Shown: positions 52,664 through 62,526, counted from the stretch's first letter. The stretch is DNA of 64,000 nt from an uncultured Gaiellales bacterium (GCA_964423425.1 CAYRES010000004.1:136256-200255), one strand, 5' to 3'. The notes: generated by a model not told the origin, from the sequence alone. Numbers and translations are program-made.

Positions 52664-53743
52664 GTGGTTGTCGCGATCATGGCCGGAGGTGCGGGTACGC
52701 GCTTCTGGCCGCTCAGTACGGAAGAGAAGCCCAAGCAGTTCCAGCGTCTCTTGGGCAACCGGAGCCTACTCGAAGAGAGTTACCTGAGGGCGAGGGCTCT
52801 GGCCCCGGCCGAGCGGATCATGGTGCTCACCGCCGAGACATATCTCCCGCTTGTGCGGGAACAACTACCCGAGCTTTCGGCCGAGAACGTGGTTGGTGAG
52901 CCAATGCGAAGGGATACTGCGGCTGCGGTTGCCTTGTCGGCACTCCTGTGCGACACACGTTTCGGTGACTGCGTGATGGTGATTCTCACGGCCGACCACT
53001 TCATCGAACCGCTGGACAAGTTCGTCGGTGCGGTCCGGTCCGCGGTCCGAGCGGCTGCAGAGAGCGAGACCTTATACACCTTCGGTGTCCTTCCCACCTA
53101 TCCGGCCGTCTGCTACGGCTACCTGCGTCGCGGCACGGCGCGGACTGATGAAGAGGGTGTCGAGCATTGTCGCGTGGAGTCGTTTCGGGAGAAGCCTGAC
53201 CTGGAAACCGCCTCGGGCTACTTCGAGTCCGGCTGCTACTGTTGGAACAGCGGTATGTTCGTGTGGAGGGTCTCGCGCATCCTGGAGGAGTTCGCGACCC
53301 ATCTGCCCGGGCATTTGCATCTTCTGCGGCCGGCCGTGGAGCCGAGTGGGCTGCTGAACTATCAGCGGCTGCGACAGGCGTTCAGTGCACTGCCCGCCGT
53401 GTCCGTCGACTTCGGCATCTTGGAGAAGGCGGCCGATGTACGCATGGTGGCGGCACCCTTTGCCTGGAGTGATGTGGGAGGGTGGGAGGCGTTGGCCGGT
53501 TTCCTGGAGGAGGACGGTAGTGGGAATCGGTACCGGGGGCGGCTGGCCGCCCTTGAGGCGAGGGGCAATGTGGTATATGTGGAGAACCCGGAGGAGATTG
53601 TGGCCCTGGTGGGTATAGACGACGTGATAGTGGTTCGCGCCGGCGGGCGCACTCTCGTGGCTGCGCGCGAGCGCGCCGACGATATCAAGCGCCTTGTCGC
53701 ACAGCTGAGACATGCGGAGCAAGGGGAGGAGGGCTCCACGTGA
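52664..53743 (+). CDS. mannose-1-phosphate guanylyltransferase (nucleotidyltransferase domain only)
   Basis: VVAIMAGGAGTRFWPLS N-terminus and the FREKPD motif. GTG at 52664 lies 6 nt after GGAG and directly after the ATPase stop. The ORF-track start at 52619 overlaps the ATPase gene. Confidence 0.85.
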   Translation: MVVAIMAGGAGTRFWPLSTEEKPKQFQRLLGNRSLLEESYLRARALAPAERIMVLTAETYLPLVREQLPELSAENVVGEPMRRDTAAAVALSALLCDTRFGDCVMVILTADHFIEPLDKFVGAVRSAVRAAAESETLYTFGVLPTYPAVCYGYLRRGTARTDEEGVEHCRVESFREKPDLETASGYFESGCYCWNSGMFVWRVSRILEEFATHLPGHLHLLRPAVEPSGLLNYQRLRQAFSALPAVSVDFGILEKAADVRMVAAPFAWSDVGGWEALAGFLEEDGSGNRYRGRLAALEARGNVVYVENPEEIVALVGIDDVIVVRAGGRTLVAARERADDIKRLVAQLRHAEQGEEGST

Positions 53744-55134
53744 ACGCCTCGTCATTCGACCCGAGCATCTTCAAAGCGTATGACATCAGGGGCCGTGTTC
53801 CCGAGGAGCTCGATGAGGCGACGGCCCGCCTCATCGGGGGGGCGGTGGCCCACCTCATCCGGCCGAAAGTGGTGATAGTGGGGCGCGACATGCGCCTCAC
53901 CGGTGAATCGCTGGCGTCCGCCCTCACGCAAGGCTTGTGCGAGAGTGGAGTGGACGTGGTCGACATCGGCATGGTCGGCACCGAGGAGGTGTACTTCGCC
54001 ACCTTCTCTCTCGAGGCGGACGGCGGTGTGATGGTGACGGCGAGCCACAATCCGGCCGACTACAACGGCATGAAGGTGGTGCGCGAGAAGGCCATTCCTG
54101 TGAGCGGCGACACCGGGCTCATGGCGATGCGCGACTGGGTGGGCGAAGCCGCCGTCGGCCGGGGTCCACTTGCGGGCTCGTGTGTGAGTTCGGTCCCAGG
54201 CCGGGTGTCTCGGTGCGACATCAGTGAGGCTTACGTGGAGCACGTTCTCTCCTATGCCGACCTGGGCAAGCTCAAGCCCCTACGCATCGTCGTGAACGGA
54301 GGCAACGGCATGGCCGGCCCGGTTGTCGAGAGGATCGCGAGCCGTCTCCCCTTCGACGTCATTGTGCTTCAGGGTGAACCGGACGGCACCTTCCCGAACG
54401 GCGTACCCAATCCCTTGCTGCCGGAGCGCAGGCGCGCCACGTCGGAGGCCGTACGCGATCATGAAGCCGATCTCGGAGTGGCTTTTGACGGTGATTTCGA
54501 CCGTTGCTTCTTCTTCGATGAGACGGGCGCATTCGTGGAGGGCTACTACCTGGTGGGCCTCCTGGCGCAGCAGGCGCTCCTCTCGTCTCCCGGCGGTGCC
54601 ATCGTTCACGATCCCAGACTCGTGTGGAACACGATCGAGCTGGTGGTCGAGGCGGGCGGCCGGCCGGTCATGAACAAGAGCGGGCATGCCTTCATCAAAG
54701 AGCGGATGCGCCGTGAGGATGCCGTGTATGGGGGAGAGATGTCGGCGCACCACTACTTCCGGCGTTTCTCCTACTGCGACAGCGGCATGATTCCTTGGTT
54801 GATGGTCGCTGAACTGATGTGTACCTCCGGGCGCTCCTTGTCGAGCCTCGTGGGGGAGCGGCTCGCGCGCTACCCGGTGAGTGGGGAGGTGAACCTCGAA
54901 CTGGGGCAGCCCGAGGCGGCGCTGGCTGCATTGCGGCGTGACTACGGCCGGGAGGCCTCGTCGGTGGATGACACCGATGGTGTGAGCCTCGACTTCGGTT
55001 CCTGGCGGGTCAACGTGCGCGCCTCGAACACGGAGCCGGTCGTACGGGTCAATCTGGAGTCCCGCGGCGACCGGGCGCTTCTCGACGCCAAGACACAGAA
55101 GGTGCTCGATTTCCTGCGGACGGCGGGAGCCTGA
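53740..55134 (+). CDS. phosphomannomutase/phosphoglucomutase
   Basis: Active-site loop TASHNPADYNGMK, metal loop FDGDFDRC, and sugar loop GGEMSAHH. GTGA overlap with the upstream gene. Confidence 0.92.
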   Translation: MNASSFDPSIFKAYDIRGRVPEELDEATARLIGGAVAHLIRPKVVIVGRDMRLTGESLASALTQGLCESGVDVVDIGMVGTEEVYFATFSLEADGGVMVTASHNPADYNGMKVVREKAIPVSGDTGLMAMRDWVGEAAVGRGPLAGSCVSSVPGRVSRCDISEAYVEHVLSYADLGKLKPLRIVVNGGNGMAGPVVERIASRLPFDVIVLQGEPDGTFPNGVPNPLLPERRRATSEAVRDHEADLGVAFDGDFDRCFFFDETGAFVEGYYLVGLLAQQALLSSPGGAIVHDPRLVWNTIELVVEAGGRPVMNKSGHAFIKERMRREDAVYGGEMSAHHYFRRFSYCDSGMIPWLMVAELMCTSGRSLSSLVGERLARYPVSGEVNLELGQPEAALAALRRDYGREASSVDDTDGVSLDFGSWRVNVRASNTEPVVRVNLESRGDRALLDAKTQKVLDFLRTAGA

Positions 55135-55141
55135 GTTTCTG

Positions 55142-56875
55142 ATGCGCATAGTGCTCGCCCAGATCAACTCCGTGGTGGGGGACCTTGCCGGCAACGCTCG
55201 CCACATCTCCTCGTGCGTCGAAGCGGCCGCGCGTGCGGACGCAGACCTTGTGGTCTTCCCTGAGCTGGCCGTATCGGGCTATCCACCCGAAGATCTGCTC
55301 CTGAAAAGACATTTCGTGAGGCGCTGCTACCACTCGCTCCTTGAGATCGCGACGGCGTGCCTTGACATCGTGGCGGTGGTCGGGGTCCCACTTCAGGATG
55401 GAGAAGTGGTCTTCAACGCGGCGGCGGTGCTGGCCGGGGGTAGGGTGCAGGCGGTGCATCGTAAGATCTGGTTGCCCAACTACGCGGTGTTCGACGAGAA
55501 GCGCTACTTTGCCGAAGGTCGTGACGTCTTGGTGCTTCGCCTCCCCCGGGGGCGGGTGGGCGTGAACGTGTGTGAAGACATCTGGCACGCGGCGGGGCCA
55601 AGCGAGGAGGCGGTGCTGAGTGGGGGGGCGCAGATGGTGGTCAACATCTCCATGTCGCCCTACCACGTGGGCAAGGTCGGGGGGCGGGAAGCGATGCTGT
55701 CGGAGCGGGCGGTGGACTGCGGGGCCTGGATCGTGTACCTGAACGGTGTGGGCGGGCAGGACGAGCTGGTGTTCGACGGTCACTCCGCCGTGGTGTCTCC
55801 GCATGGAGTTGTGGTAGCCAGGGCGCCTCAGTTCGAGGAAGCGCTCCTCGTGCACGATCTCCCCCTCGACGCGCCGCGTCCGGCCCCGGCTGCCGGTCTC
55901 GCTCCCGGTTTCTGGCCGGTGAACGAGGTGCAGATCACGGGGCCGACATACTGTCCCAACTGCATGGGGACGGCGCCTGCCGGCGCGCTGCGGGTGCGGA
56001 GCGTGGACCTTGAACCTCGGCTCGCTGAGGAAGAGGAGGTGTACCGCGCGCTCGTTCTCGGTGTGCGCGACTACGTGGAGAAGAACGGCTTTGCCCGGGT
56101 GGTGATCGGCCTGAGCGGAGGCATCGATTCGGCGCTGGTGGCCGCCATAGCCGTGGATGCTCTGGGGCCGGCCCGTGTTGTCGGGGTTTCCATGCCGTCC
56201 CGGTATTCGTCCACGGCGACGCAGGACGACGCCCGGATGCTCGCAGAGAACCTGGGCATCGAGTTCCACGAGATAGCTATCGAGGCTGTGTTCGCGGCCT
56301 ATCTATCTGCACTGGAATCGGTTCTCGAGGGGCGCGAACCCGACGCCACGGAAGAGAACATCCAGGCCCGCATCCGGGGCAATTACCTGATGGCGCTGTC
56401 GAACAAGTTCGGCTATCTGGTACTCACCACCGGTAACAAGAGTGAGGTGGCTGTGGGGTATGCCACACTCTACGGCGACATGGCGGGAGGGTTCGCCGCC
56501 GTCAAGGACGTTCCCAAGACTATGGTGTATGCTCTGTCACGCTATCGGAACCGGGTAGGTTCGGGAGACGGGCCTATCCCGCCTTCCACCATCGAGCGGC
56601 CTCCTTCGGCGGAGCTCAGGCACGGCCAGCTCGATCAGGACTATCTTCCCCCGTACGACCTTCTTGATCGCATCATCGAAGCGTACGTGGTGCGTGACGA
56701 GAGCGTTGAGGAGATGGTTGAAGCGGGGCTGGACCGCAAGGAGGTGGAACGCGTGGTGGCGATGGTCGATGGCAATGAGTACAAACGCCGTCAGGCGGCT
56801 CCCGGTGTTCGCATCACGCCCAAGGCCTTCGGCAAGGACCGGCGCCTGCCCATCACGAACCGGTTCAGAGGGTAG
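55142..56875 (+). CDS. nadE: glutamine-dependent NAD+ synthetase
   Basis: N-terminal CN-hydrolase (glutaminase) domain (FPELAVSGYPPED, CEDIW) plus a C-terminal synthetase domain with PP-loop GLSGGIDSA. 577 aa. Confidence 0.93.
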   Translation: MRIVLAQINSVVGDLAGNARHISSCVEAAARADADLVVFPELAVSGYPPEDLLLKRHFVRRCYHSLLEIATACLDIVAVVGVPLQDGEVVFNAAAVLAGGRVQAVHRKIWLPNYAVFDEKRYFAEGRDVLVLRLPRGRVGVNVCEDIWHAAGPSEEAVLSGGAQMVVNISMSPYHVGKVGGREAMLSERAVDCGAWIVYLNGVGGQDELVFDGHSAVVSPHGVVVARAPQFEEALLVHDLPLDAPRPAPAAGLAPGFWPVNEVQITGPTYCPNCMGTAPAGALRVRSVDLEPRLAEEEEVYRALVLGVRDYVEKNGFARVVIGLSGGIDSALVAAIAVDALGPARVVGVSMPSRYSSTATQDDARMLAENLGIEFHEIAIEAVFAAYLSALESVLEGREPDATEENIQARIRGNYLMALSNKFGYLVLTTGNKSEVAVGYATLYGDMAGGFAAVKDVPKTMVYALSRYRNRVGSGDGPIPPSTIERPPSAELRHGQLDQDYLPPYDLLDRIIEAYVVRDESVEEMVEAGLDRKEVERVVAMVDGNEYKRRQAAPGVRITPKAFGKDRRLPITNRFRG

Positions 56876-56881
56876 GCTTCC

Positions 56882-58054
56882 ATGAGCGATTACAGCATCG
56901 ACGCGCAGGTATCTGAGAGCTCTGTGGGGATGGTGGAGACCAAGTTCGCCCGTTTCGAGTCTCTCCCCCTCGACTCCGGTCTGATGCTGTCGCCCGTGAC
57001 GCTGGCCTACGAGACCTACGGAGAGTTGAACGCCGAACGCACCAACGCGGTCTTGGTGCTTCATGCGCTTTCGGGCGACGCCCACGCGGCCGGTTACCTG
57101 CCGGGCGAGGTGCGTCCGGGCTGGTGGGACATCCTCATCGGCCCCGGCCGGGCTTTCGATACCGACAAGTACTTCGTGGTCTGCTCGAACGTCATCGGAG
57201 GGTGCAAGGGCAGCAGCGGCCCCTCCAGCATCAACCTGGACACCAACACTCCCTACGGCCTGCACTTCCCGGTGGTGACTGTGCCCGACATGGTGCGGGC
57301 TCAGAAGATGTTGGTCGACCACCTGGGCATCGCGCGCCTGCTGGCGGTGTGCGGAGGCTCGATGGGGGGCATGCAATCACTCGAGTGGGTCGTCTCCTAC
57401 CCCGAGATGGTGACGTCGTGCATTCCCATTGCCGCCACCCACCGGCATTCTCCCATGCAGATCGCCTTCAACGAGGTGGGCCGGCAGGCCATCATGAAGG
57501 ATCCGCGCTGGCGGGAAGGCGACTACTACGATGTCGAACCTCCCGACTCCGGGCTCGCCGTTGCCCGCATGATCGGGCACGTGACCTATCTCTCCGACGA
57601 ATCGATGCATACCAAGTTCGGTCGTCGCCTGCAGGACCGCATAGCCTACGGCTACGATTTCTTCACCCGCGACTTCGAGGTGGAGAGTTACCTCCAGCAC
57701 CAGGGTGAGGTATTCACCAAGAGGTTCGACGCCAACACCTATCTCTACATCACCAAGGCGCTCGACTACTTCGACTTGGCCAACGGTCACGGCAGCCTCG
57801 TGGAGGCCTTCGCCGAGGTGCAGCCCGACACTCGTTTTCTCGTGATAGCATTCTCGAGCGATTGGCTGTACCCTGCCTACCAATCCAAAGAGATCGTGAG
57901 GGCGCTTCGCTCCAACATGCTCGACTGCACCTTTGTGGAGATACATTCATCCTTTGGCCACGATTCCTTCCTGATCGAAGTCGGCCAGCAGACCCATCTC
58001 ATCAAGAACTTCCTCGAGGTGACGGCGCGGGTGGGAGGGGTGAAGATTGGCTAG
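56882..58054 (+). CDS. metX: homoserine O-acetyltransferase
   Basis: [12 protein letters not shown] and the nucleophile elbow GGSMGGMQ. Alpha/beta hydrolase of 390 aa with the C-terminal SSFGHDSFL motif. Confidence 0.93.
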   Translation: MSDYSIDAQVSESSVGMVETKFARFESLPLDSGLMLSPVTLAYETYGELNAERTNAVLVLHALSGDAHAAGYLPGEVRPGWWDILIGPGRAFDTDKYFVVCSNVIGGCKGSSGPSSINLDTNTPYGLHFPVVTVPDMVRAQKMLVDHLGIARLLAVCGGSMGGMQSLEWVVSYPEMVTSCIPIAATHRHSPMQIAFNEVGRQAIMKDPRWREGDYYDVEPPDSGLAVARMIGHVTYLSDESMHTKFGRRLQDRIAYGYDFFTRDFEVESYLQHQGEVFTKRFDANTYLYITKALDYFDLANGHGSLVEAFAEVQPDTRFLVIAFSSDWLYPAYQSKEIVRALRSNMLDCTFVEIHSSFGHDSFLIEVGQQTHLIKNFLEVTARVGGVKIG

Positions 58055-58676
58055 CACCATCGCCCGGGCGCCCACCGGCGAGCGTCTCGACCACCTCTTC
58101 ATCGTCGACACGGTGGAACCCGGTTCCCGGGTTCTCGACTTGGGCTGCGGCCGTGGCGTGCTGCTCAAGCTCTTGGTCGACCGCAAGAACGTGCGAGGCA
58201 CCGGCGTGGAGATCGCGGAGGAGAGGGTGTATGAGGCGGTGGCGCAGGGGCTCTCCGTGTACCACGGAGACATCGACGAGGGTTTGTCGGACTATCCGGC
58301 TGGCATGTTCGACTATGTGATCATCAGCCAGACGCTGCAACAGGCCCGGCGCACCGTATTCGTGATGGAGGAGGTCTTGCGGGTGGGCAGACGCATCGTG
58401 GTGAGTCTGCCGAACTTCGCTCACTGGAAGGCTCGTGCCCAGCTGCTCGTGCGGGGGCGTGCTCCGGTCACGAAGGCGTTGCCCTACGAGTGGTACGATA
58501 CACCGAACATCCACAGTGTGAGCATCAAAGACTTCCGTCACTTTGCTCGCGAGCACCACATGCGAATTGTGCGTGACTTCTACCTCGGCGCCTCGGGAGA
58601 GATTCGTATCTGGCCCAATCTTCGGGCCGAGAATGCGGTGTTTGTGGTGGAACGGGTGGCCTCCCAGCGCGGGTAA
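58047..58676 (+). CDS. metW: methionine biosynthesis protein MetW
   Basis: SAM-methyltransferase-like fold motif [12 protein letters not shown] plus conserved MetW blocks ([26 protein letters not shown]). TTG at 58047 lies 6 nt after GGGAGGGG and overlaps the metX end. Confidence 0.88.
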   Translation: MASTIARAPTGERLDHLFIVDTVEPGSRVLDLGCGRGVLLKLLVDRKNVRGTGVEIAEERVYEAVAQGLSVYHGDIDEGLSDYPAGMFDYVIISQTLQQARRTVFVMEEVLRVGRRIVVSLPNFAHWKARAQLLVRGRAPVTKALPYEWYDTPNIHSVSIKDFRHFAREHHMRIVRDFYLGASGEIRIWPNLRAENAVFVVERVASQRG

Positions 58677-58736
58677 GCTGTCTCTCGGGGCGCGGAGGGC
58701 GCCGCCTTCGGCTACAATGGATGAGAAGAACGGCCG

Positions 58737-58810
58737 GGGCCCATAGCTCAGTTGGTTAGAGCAGCCGACTCATAATCGGCCGGTCGCAGGTTCGAGTCCT
58801 GCTGGGCCCA
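58737..58810 (+). tRNA. tRNA with CAT anticodon, most likely tRNA-Ile2 (lysidine-modified) rather than elongator Met
   Basis: Acceptor GGGCCCA/TGGGCCC and anticodon loop CTCATAA. The D-arm and anticodon-stem sequence (TAGCTCAGTTGGTTAGAGCAGCCGACTCATAATCGGC) closely resembles E. coli ileX as I recall it. Confidence 0.88.
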
Positions 58811-58840
58811 TGATCTCACTACGACAGCCAGGAGTAGGAG

Positions 58841-60469
58841 ATGCTGGTCGAGGATCTGGAAGGCGTACTGGAAGAACTTGCTCCCACCCATGTGGCCGAA
58901 TCGTGGGACAACGTGGGCCTACTCGTGGGGCGTCGTGGCAACGAGGTGGAGAGGGTGCTCGTCGCCCTCGAGCTGACGCCGGAGGTGCTGGTGGAGGCCG
59001 TCGCTGAAGGTTTCCACGCCATCGTCACCCATCATCCGCTGCTGTTCAGGCCGCTGTCGGCCGTGGTGGATGACTCGCGTGTGGGTACTCTGCTCCAGCA
59101 GCTCGTCAAGGCGGATATCGCGTTGTTTGCCTGCCATACGAATCTGGACGGGGCACGGGGAGGCCTGTGCGACATTGCCGCCGCTGAGCTGGGGCTGGTG
59201 GACGCGAAACCCCTTCGGCACGGGTCGGCATCCCAGCGCAAGCTCGTGGGGTTCGTGCCCCCCGCCTCTCTTGAGCAGGTGAAGGCGGCTGTGTACGAGG
59301 CCGGGGCGGGCCGTTTGGGTGCGTATGAGGCGTGCGGCTTCGGTGTTGCAGGCCGGGGTGAGTTCCGGCCGTTGCCGGGGGCGCATCCGGTGGTGGGGCG
59401 GGTCGGGCGTGCCGAAACGGTTGAGGAGGTCCGGTTCGAAACGCTTGTCCCGGAGTCGCGTGTCGCTGCGGTGGTGCGGGCCTTCGTCGCGGCTCACCCC
59501 TACGAGGAGCCCGCCTTCGACGTCTACCCGGTGGAGAACCGACTCGTCTCGGCGGGTACGGGACGGGTGGGGCGCACCCGTGTCACTCTCTCCCTGGTGT
59601 CTTTCGCCGAGACCGTGGCCGAGGCCTTTGGCCTCGACCGGATGCAGTATGCCGGTGATCCCGACCGTATGGTCGATCGAGTCGCCGTGGTGACCGGGAG
59701 CGGCGCCGGGCTCATTGAGTCGGCGGCCGAGGTCGCCGATGTGCTGGTCACGGGCGACCTCACGCATCACGATGCGGAGAGGGCCCTTGATCGCGGCGTC
59801 GCCGTTGTGGCCGTCCCTCACTTCGACATGGAAGCCGTCTCTCTCGGCATATGGTGCGATCGGCTGGCCGGCAGACTGGAGGAGTACGGCGTCCCCGTGG
59901 TGTTTGCCCGCAGCTCCCGCTCCCCCTGGAGGACCGTGTTCAGTCTGGAGGCCGGCGAGCGCGTGGGTGGGAGCCTAGCACTCTTCGACTTGGAGCATGT
60001 GGAGGGCGGTGACGCATCGCCGGGTGCGATGAGGGTGCAGGCGGCGGAGGGCCGTGAGGAGGCGGAGCCCACCTATCTGTTGCGTGTCGACGGAGGGTCT
60101 CGGGGCAATCCTGGGCCCAGCGCCATAGGGGTGGTCCTGGAGGATTCCGAGGGTGTCGTACTCGAGGAGATCGGGGCACCCATCGGCCAGGCTACAAACA
60201 ACGTGGCCGAGTATCAGGCACTCATCACCGGATTGGAGACGGCACTCGATCGTGGGGTCAAGCGAGTGCTCATTCACTCCGATTCGGAACTCGTGGTAAA
60301 ACAGTTGCGCCATGAGTACAAGGTCAAGAATGCGGATTTGAAGGAGTTGTTCCTCCAGGTCTCCGGGCTCGTTCACCGCTTCGACCACGTCGAGATACGG
60401 CACGTGAGCCGGGAAGAGAACGCTGCTGCTGACAGGCTTGTGAATCTGGCTCTGGACGGCACCTTGTAG
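58841..60469 (+). CDS. Nif3-family dinuclear-metal protein fused to a C-terminal RNase HI domain
   Basis: N-terminal ~365 aa are Nif3/YqfO-like (ESWDNVGLLVG, AIVTHHPLLF, CHTNLD, TGDLTHHD) with an inserted PII-like domain. The C-terminal ~130 aa are RNase H type 1, with DEDD residues in RVDGGSRGNPG, NNVAEYQAL, IHSDSELVV and AAADRLVN. Confidence 0.85.
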   Translation: MLVEDLEGVLEELAPTHVAESWDNVGLLVGRRGNEVERVLVALELTPEVLVEAVAEGFHAIVTHHPLLFRPLSAVVDDSRVGTLLQQLVKADIALFACHTNLDGARGGLCDIAAAELGLVDAKPLRHGSASQRKLVGFVPPASLEQVKAAVYEAGAGRLGAYEACGFGVAGRGEFRPLPGAHPVVGRVGRAETVEEVRFETLVPESRVAAVVRAFVAAHPYEEPAFDVYPVENRLVSAGTGRVGRTRVTLSLVSFAETVAEAFGLDRMQYAGDPDRMVDRVAVVTGSGAGLIESAAEVADVLVTGDLTHHDAERALDRGVAVVAVPHFDMEAVSLGIWCDRLAGRLEEYGVPVVFARSSRSPWRTVFSLEAGERVGGSLALFDLEHVEGGDASPGAMRVQAAEGREEAEPTYLLRVDGGSRGNPGPSAIGVVLEDSEGVVLEEIGAPIGQATNNVAEYQALITGLETALDRGVKRVLIHSDSELVVKQLRHEYKVKNADLKELFLQVSGLVHRFDHVEIRHVSREENAAADRLVNLALDGTL

Positions 60470-60481
60470 GGAAGGTATAAT
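60453..60481 (+). promoter_or_regulatory. putative promoter for the tRNA-Gly/tRNA-Cys pair (TGGACG-17-TATAAT)
   Basis: Consensus -10 TATAAT at 60476-60481 with a weak -35 TGGACG at 60453-60458. It overlaps the 3' end of the preceding CDS. Confidence 0.4.
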
Positions 60482-60529
60482 CCTTCGCGCCGAGGCGGAG
60501 GTTGGTCCGTGGTTCGGCAGGGGTTACGT

Positions 60530-60603
60530 GCGGATGTAGCTCAGTTGGCTAGAGCGTCTGCTTGCCATGCAGAAGGTCGAGGGTTCGAATCCCTTCATCC
60601 GCT
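60530..60603 (+). tRNA. tRNA-Gly (anticodon GCC)
   Basis: Acceptor GCGGATG/CATCCGC, anticodon stem TCTGC/GCAGA with loop TTGCCAT, and T-arm GAGGGTTCGAATCCCTT. Confidence 0.92.
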
Positions 60604-60650
60604 CTTCCAAGATTCAGCTGCCGGGGCCTTTGGCCCCGTTGGTTTTTCGG

Positions 60651-60722
60651 GGCGCCGTGGCCGAGTGGCTGAGGCACGGGTCTGCAAAACCCGATACACC
60701 GGTTCGATTCCGGTCGGCGCCT
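60651..60722 (+). tRNA. tRNA-Cys (anticodon GCA)
   Basis: Acceptor GGCGCCG/CGGCGCC (7/7 Watson-Crick pairs), anticodon stem CGGGT/ACCCG with loop CTGCAAA, and T-arm ACCGGTTCGATTCCGGT. Confidence 0.92.
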
Positions 60723-60739
60723 TCCCTTTTGCGCCTCAG

Positions 60740-60762
60740 ACGTGCCGCCATGGGCGGCACGT
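60740..60762 (+). terminator. hairpin after tRNA-Cys
   Basis: ACGTGCCGCC-ATG-GGCGGCACGT, 10-bp arms. Confidence 0.45.
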
Positions 60763-60931
60763 GCCATCTACATGCTGCCCGTCCCATGAGGCGTGTCCGT
60801 AACGGGGGGGATTGTGCGCCTGAGGCCATTACCAACCGATGAGGTTCCGGGTAGAATTCCCTGAGCGATCAGCCGGCACATCACCACACAGAGGAGCAGC
60901 TTCCGTGCGATTCGCGCCTTCTGGCTTTCGT

Positions 60932-62233
60932 ATGATGATCGAGGTTGTTCGCCAAAACAGGCACGGCCGGCTTGTGGCACTCTTGTTCGTGGCTACCATG
61001 TGCGGCGCGCTGCTGTTGTCCGCACCCGATCCCGCTCGAGCCGCTTCCTTCAGTGACGTCGGCGCCGGCGACTGGTTCTACCAGGCGGTCGGTGAACTCT
61101 CCGATGCCGGAGTCATCAACGGCTTCTCCGACGGCACCTTCCGTCCTTACCAGACGGTGACCCGGGCTCAGTTCGCGGCCATGGTGGCGCGAGCGCTCGC
61201 TGTTCCGGCCGGTTCCGCGGTCCCGTTCACCGACGTGTACTCGAGCGACTGGTTCTTCGGGGCGGTAAGTGGGCTGCACAACCTCGGTCTCGTGTCCGGT
61301 ACCAGCGCCACGACGTTCTCACCTCAAGGTGCTATGGAGCGCCAGCAGGCGGCTTCTCTCATCATCAGGAGTGTGGGCTATCGTCTGCAGCAGGAGCCCA
61401 TCGAAGGCCTCGGCCTCGACCTTGCGGAAGAAGAGACGGCGGCTTGGCTGCAAGGATTCAAAGACCGGAGTTTCATTGCCCCAGTGCACCGGCCTGCGGT
61501 TGCCAACGCTTTTAGGCTGAACATCGTGAGTGGATATGAGGATGAGCGATTCTACCCCATCATCACTCTCACTCGAGCCCAGGCGGCGGGCATCATCCAC
61601 CAGGGCCTCTATCGCTCCCTCGTCGTCCGGGGGGCGCCCCCGGAGCCGGTTTCCGCGGAGGAGAGCTACCCCTCGCAGCGGGTTGGCTCCACCGGCCCGC
61701 TGGTGTCGATGCTCGAGACCAAACTGGCCGCTCTCGGCTATCAGCCGGGAGTCGTTGACGGCGTGTTCGATCAGAAGACCCGAGAGGCCGTGATCGCTTT
61801 CCAGAAGGTGGAGAGGCTCTCTCGCGACGGGGTTGCCGGTGCCGAGGTATGGAACAGGCTGAGTTCCGCCCGCCGCCCGGTGCCGCGGGCATCGAGAGCC
61901 GGCGCCCGCATCGAGATCGATCTCACCAGGCAGGTGCTCTTCTACATCGAGGACGGCACGGTGACGCGCATCTATCCGGTTTCCTCGGGCAGGTCGGGCC
62001 GGCTCACGCCGACGGGCAGCTATTCCGTCGTCAGGAAGATCCCCGGCTGGCGCGAGAGTTACCTGGGCTTCCTGTATAAGCCCGCATACTTCTACGGTGG
62101 CTATGCCGTGCACGGCTCCCACTCGGTACCGACATACCCGGCGAGTTCAGGGTGCGTGAGGGTATCGACGTGGACCATGGACGTGCTGTACCCGCTGCTA
62201 CCCATCGGCACGCGCGTCAACATCTACTACTAG
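60932..62233 (+). CDS. secreted L,D-transpeptidase (YkuD) with N-terminal SLH repeats and a PG_binding_1 domain
   Basis: Signal peptide (LVALLFVATMCGALLLSAPDPARA). SLH-like repeats (FSDVGAGDWFYQAV...GFSDGTFRPYQTVTRAQFAAMVARAL; FTDVYSSDWFFGAV...). PG-binding repeat (LAALGYQPGVVDGVFDQKTREAVIAFQK). Catalytic motif HGSHSVPTYPASSGCVRV. Start uncertain (ATG 60932/60935 or further upstream). Confidence 0.85.
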   Translation: MMIEVVRQNRHGRLVALLFVATMCGALLLSAPDPARAASFSDVGAGDWFYQAVGELSDAGVINGFSDGTFRPYQTVTRAQFAAMVARALAVPAGSAVPFTDVYSSDWFFGAVSGLHNLGLVSGTSATTFSPQGAMERQQAASLIIRSVGYRLQQEPIEGLGLDLAEEETAAWLQGFKDRSFIAPVHRPAVANAFRLNIVSGYEDERFYPIITLTRAQAAGIIHQGLYRSLVVRGAPPEPVSAEESYPSQRVGSTGPLVSMLETKLAALGYQPGVVDGVFDQKTREAVIAFQKVERLSRDGVAGAEVWNRLSSARRPVPRASRAGARIEIDLTRQVLFYIEDGTVTRIYPVSSGRSGRLTPTGSYSVVRKIPGWRESYLGFLYKPAYFYGGYAVHGSHSVPTYPASSGCVRVSTWTMDVLYPLLPIGTRVNIYY

Positions 62234-62394
62234 CCCGCAGCTCCGACCCACGGTCGTATGCCCCAGCCGTAGCTCCTGCCCGAGGTCACGGCCCAGGGTT
62301 ACGCACCTGAGCCGCTGAGTGTCTCGTACTTGGCCGGGTCTCTCCGGCGCGGGGGACCGCGGTAGGCCGTTGTGGACACCTGCCGCCGGCTCTA

Positions 62395-62423
62395 TTGATA
62401 GTCCGGGATTGTGCGGGTATCAT
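62395..62423 (+). promoter_or_regulatory. sigma-70-like promoter for tRNA-Val (TTGATA-17-TATCAT)
   Basis: TTGATA at 62395-62400, a 17-nt spacer, and TATCAT at 62418-62423, 14 nt upstream of the tRNA 5' end. Confidence 0.55.
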
Positions 62424-62437
62424 ACGGGCACCTCAGT

Positions 62438-62512
62438 GGGCGCTTAGCTCAGGGGGAGAGCGCTTCCTTGACGCGGAAGAGGCCATAGGTTCAAATCCTA
62501 TAGCGCCCACCA
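62438..62512 (+). tRNA. tRNA-Val (anticodon GAC), CCA encoded
   Basis: Acceptor GGGCGCT/AGCGCCC, anticodon stem CTTCC/GGAAG with loop TTGACGC, T-arm ATAGGTTCAAATCCTAT, and 3' ACCA. Confidence 0.92.
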
Positions 62513-62526
62513 TTGTGGCACTCGGT

